The notes under the pieces were generated by a model, which ran no database searches, was not told the DNA's origin, and worked only from the letters and a program-made list of their open reading frames with translations. A stretch of DNA of 43,905 nt, the filler included, from Catajapyx aquilonaris (lineage: Eukaryota), in NCBI GenBank assembly GCA_000934665.2. It is 2 parts of 2 records of this genome, joined end to end, with 100 filler letters (N's around TTAATTAATTAA, not from the genome) between each part and the next. Parts side by side here need not be neighbours in the genome. Positions count along the whole stretch, not along the records: positions 22,014 to 43,905 come from JYFJ02005950.1; 1 more part is not named here. The stretch is one strand, 5' to 3'. The translations under genes were made by a program, and so were the position numbers. Shown one piece after another: positions 32,502 through 43,905 of this stretch (its first letter is position 1; each line of letters opens with the position of its first letter).

Positions 32502-35500
32502 CTTTCACTGTGCAGATTCCCGAAACCATTTCGGATGGAATCCCTCCGTTCCTTTTCTCTGATCTCATTCCAACATTTCTAAAATTTTATTTCTGAACCT
32601 AGTAGCTGTGGCCGTGGCTTCCAAGCTTCTAGCTTCCTGAAGTGACATTCCTGGAAATGTCCCCAAGCCGATAAAAGTTGCGGCCGCCAGGCCCTGATTC
32701 AGTTCTGAAAATTTCGGCAAGGTTTTCTTGCTGAAAGTATGATGCCACGATGGCGTGACTTTCGGAAGGGAGGGACAGGGGGTGGGAAGGGGGTAGGGTT
32801 GCAGTGAATGAGTGAGGTTTAAGGGCCGAGAGGAAATGGTTCCGGGGGCTTAGGGTTTTGGCCCGGGGACTGGGCCCTTCGGGGCATTTGATCCCCCGGA
32901 GCAATGATCCGGAGAAGGCGGCTGATGGAAGGGCTCGTATCTGGCGCCTTTATGGCTCCGGACACTCGGGCCTCAGCTCATCACAAGACCTATCCCCCCC
33001 GGAATCCTCCATCTTGTTCCCCTGCTACCCTCTTCACCTGCGTGCCTCCGGATGCAACAATAAAAAACCAGACGGGACCATTTGGTGTCTACATGCAAAT
33101 GACGCCTATTCGATTCTATGGGCCCAAGACGTCATGGCGCCGAATCAGGAAAGCTCTACTCCAGGAGAGTTGGGCTTACACCATGGAAAACATTTTCCTC
33201 CTGTAACTATACATTTTTTAAATTGATGGGATACCAAATCACATCCTATTTACTGGGAGAGAGCAGCTGCAACACAATCGGATTAGTGATAATGTAATAA
33301 GCGCAAGCAGTTGAACTGTTCAGAAAAATATATTTCGACTCACTTAGGGCATAAACACAAAAGTCGTTATGGATGCACATTTTCTCAAATTTCCAATGAA
33401 AATAATCTTGCCGGCTATAAACGTAGTGTCCCGAATATATTCTACGCGTATCAGGAGGAAAAGTGAAATTTTCTCATCCGCATCTCGACTTACCGCCTGT
33501 TTTACGGCTGTATTTTCGCATGGATTGGCATGGATTGCCCCGGAAGTCGCGGCCAGACCTGGAACCATGGGGCATGGGCACATCTGGAGAGAAACCGGGG
33601 CGAAAGAGACGGGGAAAGATTATCATGGCCCGGCCTATCCCGTGATTGATCAGTGCGCAAAGCTGGGGACCACTACTGTGATTGGCTTTGGTATATGGCG
33701 GCCGGTGTGGGGGCAGCCATATTGAGTTTCGGTCACGTATAATAACTCTCTGAGCCTATTTCAAATTCGCCTATTCGCAAATTCATTGCAATTCAGATGA
33801 TTTAATAGAATACGTTTTATAACCGCTAAAATTATTCCAGGGTAGCTGCTTAACATTAAACTTCTAAGTGCTTAAAAATCGCTAACCAAACGCACATTTC
33901 AGTAGAAACTTTAATGTGAAGTAGGATTATGTATAGTGTTAAGACCAGGCCCTAATATTGCACTGATTGTTGTTTCCTTCCCCGAATTGACATAATTATA
34001 GCCTGGGTTTACTCATAACTTGTACTACTATAATTTAAGAGACAATAGGCTTTTCTTATCATTTTTAAGGCCAGCTCTCTACAAAATTGCAAAAGACGCA
34101 ATCTGTCAAGCGAAGACTTCTCAGACTACTTGTCAGAAGATGTCAGGATCAAGCTGCCAGACATAAGCCTACACTCCAGAGTACGACTTGTCTTGGCCAT
34201 AAGTCCCTGACTCCCCCAGGAAAATGGCAACGTACCAAACGTGCAATTATAACTCGGTGAGAAAATTCCTCCGCTATGGGAGGGCCCTACTGGAAATGTA
34301 GGGTTAAGAGTCCACATTTCTGTGGGTATTTTAGCACTGTTGTGGAATTAGACCTACCTGCTGCGATCCAGAGCAGCACAAATTCGCCTAACCGACGGTA
34401 ATTATAACGTAACAGAGAGTGAGGGTGATGGGGCTGACTATATAGACCTGCATGTTGCTATAGGGGTGAAAGAGGTCGATCTCAGGCAACCACTCCCAAA
34501 GTGCGCTCTTACCCAAATAGACTTAAGTAATGTGGCACACCGTCTCAAATGGTCAAAACGACCACATAAGAGGTCCCATTCTTTTTTTGGTAAATTTTTC
34601 GAATACGGTACTCTTCTTTTTCTTAGAAAATGAAGAAATAACATAATTACTAAAATAAAACAACTATACTGGGTACATGAAAAAATTCGGATTGCAAACT
34701 GGTGGCTTGGTCATTGTACCACCCTGTATATTATGCAGATTCATGCGTTGGTATGGTGTGCGGTAGCTGTCTCAAAAAGCAATTATGAAGAACTGTAATT
34801 ACGTTGTGTGGTGTACAGCGAGGATAAAATCACTTGGCGTATATGCAAGCAGCAACGAGTTCATTACTCTTTGCGGGTCCGTTTCCACATAACTGAAGTG
34901 CGGCAGGGCAAAACTTATCTGCTCCTTACAAAGTTCCTCGCCGGCGACAAGGAGAGTTTCTGTGCTAGAGCTTGGAAAAGAAGAAGAAAAAAAGGAGATG
35001 AAAAAAGAGTGGAAGAGAGAAGAAAAACAAGGCTGGCGAAGGAGGGTTGGGGGGAACCAGTGAAGAAGTTGATATCTGGCCTGGCTCATCCCAAGGTGCC
35101 AGCGGGGGGCTCCCCGAATCGATACGAATTTTATTCGTCGGTCTTGAACTCCGTTTCCGTTGTCTAATCCTTCCGCACAATAAATTTACGGCTTGCTTCA
35201 CGTATATCTGGAGAAAGTGGGAGGTGGCAGAGTAGAGAGAGGAGGGGGCAGGGTACAGGAAGGGCCATAAATCCAATCCGAAGCGGCCTGTTCCCACTGC
35301 TCTCTGCGCTTATTTCCACCACTCATCCCAGATAAATATGTTACTACATCCCTGGGGAGATTTCAGGGGAGAGGTGAGTCCTCAGATATAGCAAGTGTGC
35401 ATCGATCCACAGGGCGCATCGATCTCACATTAAGGCATCTTCGTTGCATTCAACCCTGATTTGCATCACTTACAAGCACTAACTGCTACACCTCCGCACA

Positions 35501-38500
35501 AAATTAATAAATAATGCATAAGTGAAACGCCAATCTTGCATGGTCTTCGACCTATCCAGCACCGCCGCACCGTGCCGTCAGTTTATGCAAGGTTGTTAAG
35601 ATGTCAATCCAAGAGCTATCATGAAATCAACTGCTTTTAATAACCTGCAGACAACATATACAAATCAGATTATGAACACTGTACTTACTGTTAGAGGACC
35701 TGAAGGTCACCTTACACTGCAAGCACGTAACTTTCGCTTCTGCCTTCCTAGTTAAAAAGTTCCTAGTTTAAATGTATTAAGTTTCCCCATTTGGTATTAC
35801 GTACATCGATTAATCAAGGCGATTCGGCAAAAAAATTGCCTTCAAAATTTCGCTTAGTCCTACCTTCAGGCTATGCTACAGTCACTAGCAGTATTTGTTA
35901 TGTAGCCTACTGGAATTATGGCTCACATCGAAATTACTGGTTGAAATACATAAACAATATTGCAGATTCCGGTCGCGTATTCTACTCGAAAGGACTAATG
36001 GAGACACCTGTGTATATTCTGACTTATGACGTCCCGATTTACCGGTAGTCAATTACTCATGAAACAAACTACTACGTTATTCGTCTCTTTCAGCTGGAAA
36101 CGCAGTAAACATTTAGGTGTCCATTAGGGATTGGTCCTGGCTACAAAGAGACTGGTTCGTAAACAGGGAAAAAAAGTAATGCCACCGAAATGGAGACTTG
36201 AAAGCGTAACCTCCGTCACAGGGGGGGGGCAAACGGCCCAAATAGAGTCCAAGTGCGAGAAAGCCATCCATAATCCATATCTAATCCACTTAGAGAGTCG
36301 CAGATAACCCGTCCGCATGGATATTTTATTAGCTATAGCTGGCAGCCGAGTATCGACAAGAGCATTTGTGGCCATTATCCTGGTGATAGGAGGGGAAGAC
36401 CGGGAAGACCTTCTAACCTTGGAAGGGAGCAGGAACCGAAGATCAACACCGCCAGATAGCAGCACCAGCCCACTTATTTCGGAGGGCTAATAAGTGCAGC
36501 AGTGTTGTGCGGGAAAGGAGCGAGCGATAAACCTGGCAACCTGTACTGATAAGGATGCTTTAAAGCCCACCCCTCCTTTTCCTTTGTCGTCTTTCTCTTT
36601 CCAGCCTTCCGAACAGATAAGGGCGCCTCCTAGATGAAGAAAGACGCATCCAACTTCCCCCCTCTCTCTCCCCTCACTCGCACCTCACTAAAAATACACT
36701 CTAACCGTTACACTGATTACATATTAGTTTCTGCACTCCACCAAAAATCGACTGCGACCCCAAAAAGTGATACCCGAATCCACCATCATTCGCAACATTT
36801 ATACAAGCTGGAACACGCATGCGCACTAGGCCATGGAAACAAGTTTGTGGCCAGCCTTATAGGCACTATACAAAATGGGCCATGACCTCGACCGGTCGTT
36901 CCTTCGGGCTGGCAAACTTCGATTTGATTTTCATAACTTTTTCATGTACTGCTGTAAAAGTCGTGGTAGTACACCGAATCGCCATTACCATCTTCTCGTT
37001 TGAACCATCATTTGCGTGCTTCCATACATTGCCTATCAAATATGGACATAGCTCGAACCTCGGTCCTTAAATTCGGTCGGATATTCTGTAAAATTTTGAA
37101 TAGCATGTGTGTGCACTTAAGTTTGCACAGTGTCACTATATCGACGTCATTTCTAACACCCTATTACACTCATAGTATAGCTACAAAGTTTCTCCATAAT
37201 GAGAGGTCTTTGCAATTTTTCACAATATGAATTCGTGGCTAAATTTTTCACCCCAACCTGAATATTAATTATAACCTAGGAAACTACATGTCAGTGCAGC
37301 TTTGGCGGATATCAATTAAGCAAGTCCTATCATATATTTTGCTCCATCCTATGCGGAAAGTAACGCGAAATGTTTCCCGTATAAACTGGAGGCGGTTCAT
37401 TTGTGGGCAGGATATCATAAGGAAAATGTGTGAGTATAACATGTAGTATTGAAAATAGTACTCATCCTAATAAAAATGGGTAGGTGAAGATAACCTTCCT
37501 GGCCATTATGCATATGTACATATTACAGTATAATTTTCACGTAATTGCATATATGCAAAAGAGAATAAATTATGTAAGTTATACGTACAACTTAGTGAAG
37601 GTTTCTTGACAAGATTCTTCATTTGCTATAAAAAGAAAGTGTTTCCGCACGTTACCATCTATCCGCCATATACATAAATCATTGTAGTTACGACTACTGC
37701 AATATTTGTGAAATATTATTTATCACCCGTCACATTGAATGCCCTTAAATAACGATCAACGCATAAGTTTTAACATTTTCTGGAATAACCAGCATTACAT
37801 CAAAGAAGAACATACGTCCAATACTGCATGATGCCGCCTCGTGACATAGAGTAATGACGAAAAAAAGGGGGGAGAAAATCCTAGAACCGTTGATAAAACA
37901 TGGAGATTACGCCCCTCCTGTTAGGTTGGGGTCCAATTAATTCACCTGCACGATGGTGGACCATCACTTCAAATCCCATCGGATAATGTTCCTCGGTGTG
38001 AAATCGCCTGAATTTTTAATAAGGCGGCGGGGTTTCCAAATGATTCCTGCGATCAAAACCCGCCCTCCTGCCCCCCTTACTTTTCTGCTGGAAACCTTTT
38101 ACATTCGCTCCCACGTCGATTTGGTATCGATAAATTTTTTCCAGGGTGCAAAAAAAATTAACCTCAGTCCGCTCCCGAACTTTCCACAAAGGAGGATGAG
38201 AAAAATCTGATTAGTCCGCAGAAGTTCGGGTCGAAGTAAACATCTTTTATTGCAAAATGAGAGACTGTCCCCAGCGCTCGTGATCTCGTTGGAGCGGCCA
38301 CAGATGTTGCTCATCAAGAGTTAGACTAGTTCATCTTCGAAAGTAATCTTACCAGGGAGGAGCGCATTGTGACAAATCTACGCTCAAACGTCGAGTAATC
38401 TCGGCTGTTGATATATCCTTCGACTAAGCTCGTACTGGACCAGAAGAAAGCGGACGTCTGCTCTACCAATGTGAATGACACTCTAGCCCAGCTCCGGTTA

Positions 38501-41500
38501 GTACAGCTTGAATAGCACTTATACAGGCGTCATAAACCAGTTAAGACCGCGACAAAGATGGTCAGTCAACTAAGTTCCCATTATGATTATCGTGGTGATA
38601 TGTATAAGACACGTCCTATTTTGGCGGTTTTGAGTTTTTTACTTCTGGGTGAAGTCCGTTTTTCCTCAAAATTCATAACGAGCCAGAATGCCAGCATGTT
38701 CTGTCTAATCACGCCCGCACTCTACTGGGTCCCGCCAGGTGGAAGCACCAGGGGTAGGTCTGATTTGTACTGTAATAACAAGTTAGTGCACAAGAGGCAT
38801 TACTATTTTCAGTCCGCTTTCAGTAACAAGGTGGTCCGATACTGTAAGCCTTTCACTTCCAAACGGGCGCGAGAACTCTGGCGCCTCAGTGAACTACAGT
38901 AGCCGCAATTTTTTAAACCCCCCGCCCCCTTCCATTCCTAATCCCCGTAATGGGCCGGGTCATCCGGCGGACATCCTTCATGAGATGAGTAATCTGGCAA
39001 TTTTTGTGTAACCACATATACAGCTTCTTCGCACTCCGCGCCATCTCCCGCCTTTCCCCAACACCACACCCATTTAGGAGTGCCACTCCAGTGGATTGTC
39101 TGCCAGTGCTCATTAATAATATAAGTAAAATACGGCTCAACTGATTTCAAACTAGGAGCCGGTGGAAATTGCAATATCTAATCCAGTCCCCAGACACCCA
39201 CTGGCTGTAAAGTGCCTTGCTGTACTTAATTTCAATTCTGCGGTACAAAGTGTCTCCACACAAGCACCCAGGGCGTTTCCCATCTGGAAACTGTGATTAC
39301 TGAGTGCAGCAACAGTCAGGGTCTGCTGGTTTGGGCTGGTTGGAGTAAGGCATAGAGGGGGGAGGGAGGGGGAGGGGGTGATTCTATAACCGAAACTATC
39401 GAGTCCCCAAACTTAGCTTCATTCCTCTTTCCTTCCTTCTTTTTAGGAGGCCCCCGCCATTTCCTCAAATTGCTCGGGACAACTCGAGTTCTGCTCTGGC
39501 CCTCTTTCTCTTTGATTCGCTGCCTCCAGCTCAACTTTGTTGTTTAACTTCCATACTAATGCTGCTGCATGCACTCCCAAGACACACCAACTTCCATTAC
39601 AATCTCAGAGAGTGGCAACAACGCTGACGGCTTTGGCAGAAGAGATGTTATGTTATGCACACTGATTGCGACACTCTTTTTGGCGACATTTACTTCTTTT
39701 TTTTTCAAAAAAAAGGACTTGAAATTTCTGCCACTTTCATCATCTAGGCGCATTGCACAATACATATAAAAACTTGAATGACGATTATTAGCATAAAAAT
39801 TATGACATATCATATATTAGCGACATGTGTACCTTCGAGTCATGCACAGGACAACGCTGCATCCTCTACCGCCAAAATCCATAAGCTTATTCCGTGTAGC
39901 AACATTCGACCCGCCATCTGTAGCCCGACTCGCAAAACGTGGCTATTAAGTCAAGGAACCCTGCGAACTATTTCATATGCAACAGAATATTAATTTAACC
40001 ACCTTGGCAAACATTCCTACACCTAAGAGCGTGTAATTATTTAGGGGAAGGAAAGAGAAAATAACTTTGAGTAATAATTATCTCTCATGAAACTCCTCTG
40101 TTCTCACCAAAAGGAATCATTTCGAATTCAAATGTCGCTCCAGGTGAAATTCTAGAACCTTTGAACTTGAACTGCTGGCAAGGTTCTGGATGTGTATCAG
40201 TTTTGATTTTATACCATATACTGTAGTAAGTTACACCCTTTCGACAATAATGTGAAATCCGGAGTTAAATCGCCCTTAAAATTATGCATAATAATATTGT
40301 TCGGAAGCTTATGACACTCTTTGATACAGTATTATTTTTTAAAAACATGAAAAATAGTACAGCTACAACAATAAATAAGTTCTGCAACGGCTTATATGCT
40401 TCGAGCTGCATCCCAAGAAAACGTTGAACAGAACGATTATTAGAATCGAATCGCCCTTTATTTGTGCAGTAGAGAATGTTAGAACCAAGCAGTAGTTGAG
40501 CTTGGAAGCATAACAAGAAATGGGACAAATCCGAAAAAGAAAAAAAAAATCAGCCCCGAAAAAAAATCCATTGCGCAACAATCGATCCATACATTGCATA
40601 GTGGGCCGCTAGATGTCGAGGCGCGACCATATGGTAGCATGCAGTTCAGCAAGCTCCCATCAGGCGTCTCTGGGTCCCTGCAATACCAACCCATCCGGTG
40701 GCCATGACCCAACCCGGAACAATACTACGCAATAAATCTCAGAACAAGAAAATAAGGCAATTCTTGAATCATTATTGACAGAGAATTACATTTTGAAATA
40801 AAGGCAACTTTGAAGGCTTCTTTGCCAATTCTTCGAAGAAACAAAAAAAACCGAAGTGAAACTCTTCAAAAACGGGCCCCAACAATGTCAAATGACACCC
40901 ACACGGACTCATATGATGCCCACACTCAAAACCTATCCACTTTTACCAAATGCATCAAGCTCAACAGGGCGACGCTATTAGAGCAAGCAAAGTCACGCTA
41001 AGGCCATTGTTCCAAGAAGTACAAACATTGTAAGGTGTGGCAACATTGGCAAAGTGATAAATTCGATTCTAATGGGCGTAATAAAGCCGAAACGTGGCTG
41101 CTTTTGTGGGGGGAGGGGTGGTTGAAGGTGGGGGAGGGAGTACTTGAAGATGATTAATTGTCCTCATGGGAGCAAAGCGTGGGTGCAAGCACAGGGATAA
41201 AGTGCGTGTGTCTGCTTCATAATAACTTACTCAGGCGGCGCACGTGGCTGCAGGAGAAGAGAGAGAAAAAAAGTTGGCCCTGCGCTAATTTCCTCTCCAT
41301 CAAAATGGCGGCCGTGACGACGCGCGCCCACGAATGCTGATTGAGACATCATCTGGGGTGAGCCACACCTGAAGAGACCCATAAATCAAGCCTCCCCAAT
41401 TGTCTCTGGATTCTACCAGTCCATAATTGCTGCCTCCCTTAGCAATTTACAGAATAAAAAACAAGTGCGCTAATTGCGTCGATAGTTGCGTTATTTACTT

Positions 41501-43700
41501 TTTTGCCGGCGGGCATCAAAATTATAGGGAGGCCCACGGAAGTTGTTCCAAAATAAATGTGATTTCAATAAAGGTTCGTGTTGTTGTTTGCAGGAGTGCT
41601 ATTAGCCAGGGGGTTAATCACTTTCGGGATAAATGAATGAATGAATACCGCTTAATTACGTGAGCCGGAAAACGCAGCATGGCAAAACATGGCTCTATAT
41701 CGATATAAATATGACACATAAACATCAACTCACGCCTTGACAAAGAGTGCTTTTGATTCTTGTAATTTTGGTTTGAAGAAGGTTATTGTTGTGGAATTCT
41801 GCGAAACTTTAATCACCGAACCGTTTTTAAAGCGCCAACCAATCAGGCAGCCCACGATCATGAAAAAATTACGTAGAGAGGGGGAGAGGGAAAACGCCAT
41901 GACTGTTATATAACAAACATCCCTGAATTAGCCTGGATATTATCGGAAAACCCACAGAAAACTCCAGAGTCGGGAGAGAAATACTGCATAACTTATAATC
42001 TCCAAAATAACAACCTCAAATAGTATGGAAAACGATCCAGTCATCGCACAGGTACAGTGCCTAAAGAGTATCAAGGATGGTATGAGCGGGTTATGGAAGG
42101 ACCAGTGGCAGTGGCTAGATCGTCACTAATAACTTACTATCACAAATTAATGGCGCATCATCTGCTTGGAATAGTCGTCTGAATCGATAGGAATGTTTCA
42201 TGCAGGCGGTGCGCTATAAAGTGACAAAAAGGATCACAGACGTATTTTTCAGCACCACTAGCTTCTTCCAGATATCGTTAACATTATTCATGGGCACTAT
42301 CAAGTTGTTTTCTTGATGTTTCTCCATTTTTGTTTATGCAAATAAACATTTCTCGAGGCCGGTTAGTATAGTGACCCTCTATACATAGCTTCAACATTCT
42401 CGAACACAGACATTTTAGTGTCAATCTATGGCTACACTGACTTCGACAGAGCTATACTTTTATCCAGTCTTCGCATGTTTTCTCCATACTTGACGGTAAA
42501 ATATGCGACACTAAGTGGGTTATGTACACCAGAGAGGCATGCAGTATCCGACAGTTCCAAGTGAAAACAAACTGAATGATACTAATTATTATCGTTGAAG
42601 CGTAGTTGCCTGAAAATAAAAACTACAAAAATGTTTATTTCTCCTATATTGCAATTAAAAATTAGCCACGAGTTAAGGCAAACAAAATCAAAAATAAAAT
42701 AACAGGGTTCAATTTAGTATTCGAAATGCAAACAACAGCACGTAGTGTTGACGGCTGCAGTACAGTGCATGATGCAGAGGGACCGCAAGCCCTGACTGCA
42801 CTGTAGAATCCTACAAAATTTGATTATATCCTATATTTACTTGGGAGAGAAAGCGTTTGCACATAATGCGAGCCGTTTATTTGTGCCAACTGGAGCCGAT
42901 TCGCAAATATCCTTTCCTGCGAGAGGCCCATAAATTGAAAAGTAATTGACCCAGCTGAATAGTTCACAGCCATCTCCGTTTATGCCCGCGCCGAAATAGG
43001 AAACATTTATTTCAATTTTATATGTGTATATATCTATATATCTTTTATTACTCGACCTCCCCGGGCCTGAAGACACCCACCCTCTTTTGTGGGCCTGACT
43101 TTAATATTGGCGAGGTAGATGAGATGGGGAAATGGCGAAGGTCGGGAGAGGTAGTCGAGGGTGAGGTAGGGAGGGAGTGGAAGGTTGTTCCGCGGAATTC
43201 GCAATGAGCCAACGATTTTGGAAGGGGGCATGAGAAATGAAGACTGTCTCGCCGTGACAGTTGGGAATGTCGCTCTTTTGAAGGAGAGGGGGAGGGAGGG
43301 AGGGAGGGAGGGAAAGAGAGGGAAAGGTACGGATTCAACTCCCTAATTCCAGTGTCCATTTTCTAATTTTGTTATTGCGTACTTGCTTTTGTGTGTCGGA
43401 GGCGGTATATGCATGCGCGGCACTAGAACACGTGAGGAATGCTGAGAATTAAGGATTTTGCTGGGACTCTGACGGACACTCCAAAGAGATGGGGTAGAAT
43501 GGAAGGGTGACTCTTTTTATACTAAATTCCTCCTCCCCACTAAAATGTTACGCAAGCACGCCCATGCTACTCCGCTATTATATCACAGTATACATCTAGT
43601 CGTAAGACAGCCACTGATTGAGACATAAAATGTGTATAAGTTAATTAGTATCCCACATAAGTTAATACATCTATGTTTATGTCCAAATTATATGTATTTA

Positions 43701-43905
43701 CAGGGGTTGGACAAAATAATAGGATCGAACACCCTGCCAAAAGCGGTTGAAACTTCGCGTCTGTTTTATTCGAAAACTGGAAAGGTTACAAAGATGGATT
43801 TTACCAAGGTTTGAAGCTCCATCGATGTACATTTGTCGAGGTATGCATATGACGAAAAAATCACGACAGGGAGAGAAAAACAAAAGACGAACGACACCCC
43901 CCCCC
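43701..43905 (+). mobile_element. Possible Tc1-like element end near the window edge
   Basis: TA|CAGGGGTTGGACAAAATAAT resembles a Tc1-type TIR. The partner end is not seen. Confidence 0.35.

Noticed and set aside
24734..36465. ORFs of 100-180 aa in the right segment (24734, 24761, 26225, 28771, 32858, 33369, 34808, 36124)
   Set aside because: No recognisable domains, biased composition, overlapping frames on both strands and no consistent splice chain. This is expected by chance in GC-richer non-coding DNA, although small unrecognised exons cannot be excluded.
38125..41705. DRE-like TATCGATA words at 38125 and 41698 as promoter evidence
   Set aside because: Isolated 8-mers with no adjacent gene or other core-promoter support.

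Overview
Eukaryotic genomic DNA, most likely arthropod (inferred from the protein sequences, SINE types and TTAGG repeats). It consists of two segments joined by an artificial 100-bp spacer (44 N + TTAATTAATTAA + 44 N, 21914-22013). The left segment (1-21913) holds a complete ELMO/ced-12 gene on the minus strand: 3 coding exons, join 13886-12723, 9631-9059, 4000-3578, 719 aa. It sits head-to-head with the first four coding exons (465 codons) of an ABCC10/MRP7-type ABC transporter on the plus strand, which is cut off at the spacer. The introns and flanks are dense in non-autonomous DNA transposons (Tc1/mariner-, pogo-, piggyBac- and Harbinger-like MITEs, several nested). They also hold a rearranged mariner fossil, tRNA-derived SINEs and a LINE reverse-transcriptase fragment. 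The right segment (22014-43905) has no recognisable coding exon. It contains a young V-domain-type tRNA SINE, a nested MITE cluster with a TTAGG-bearing element inserted in a (TG)n tract, a perfect 47-bp palindrome and microsatellites. I see no new multi-gene biological system. The most interesting signals are transposon architectures and the ELMO/ABCC10 divergent promoter. Family assignments rest on motifs recalled from memory, with no database search.
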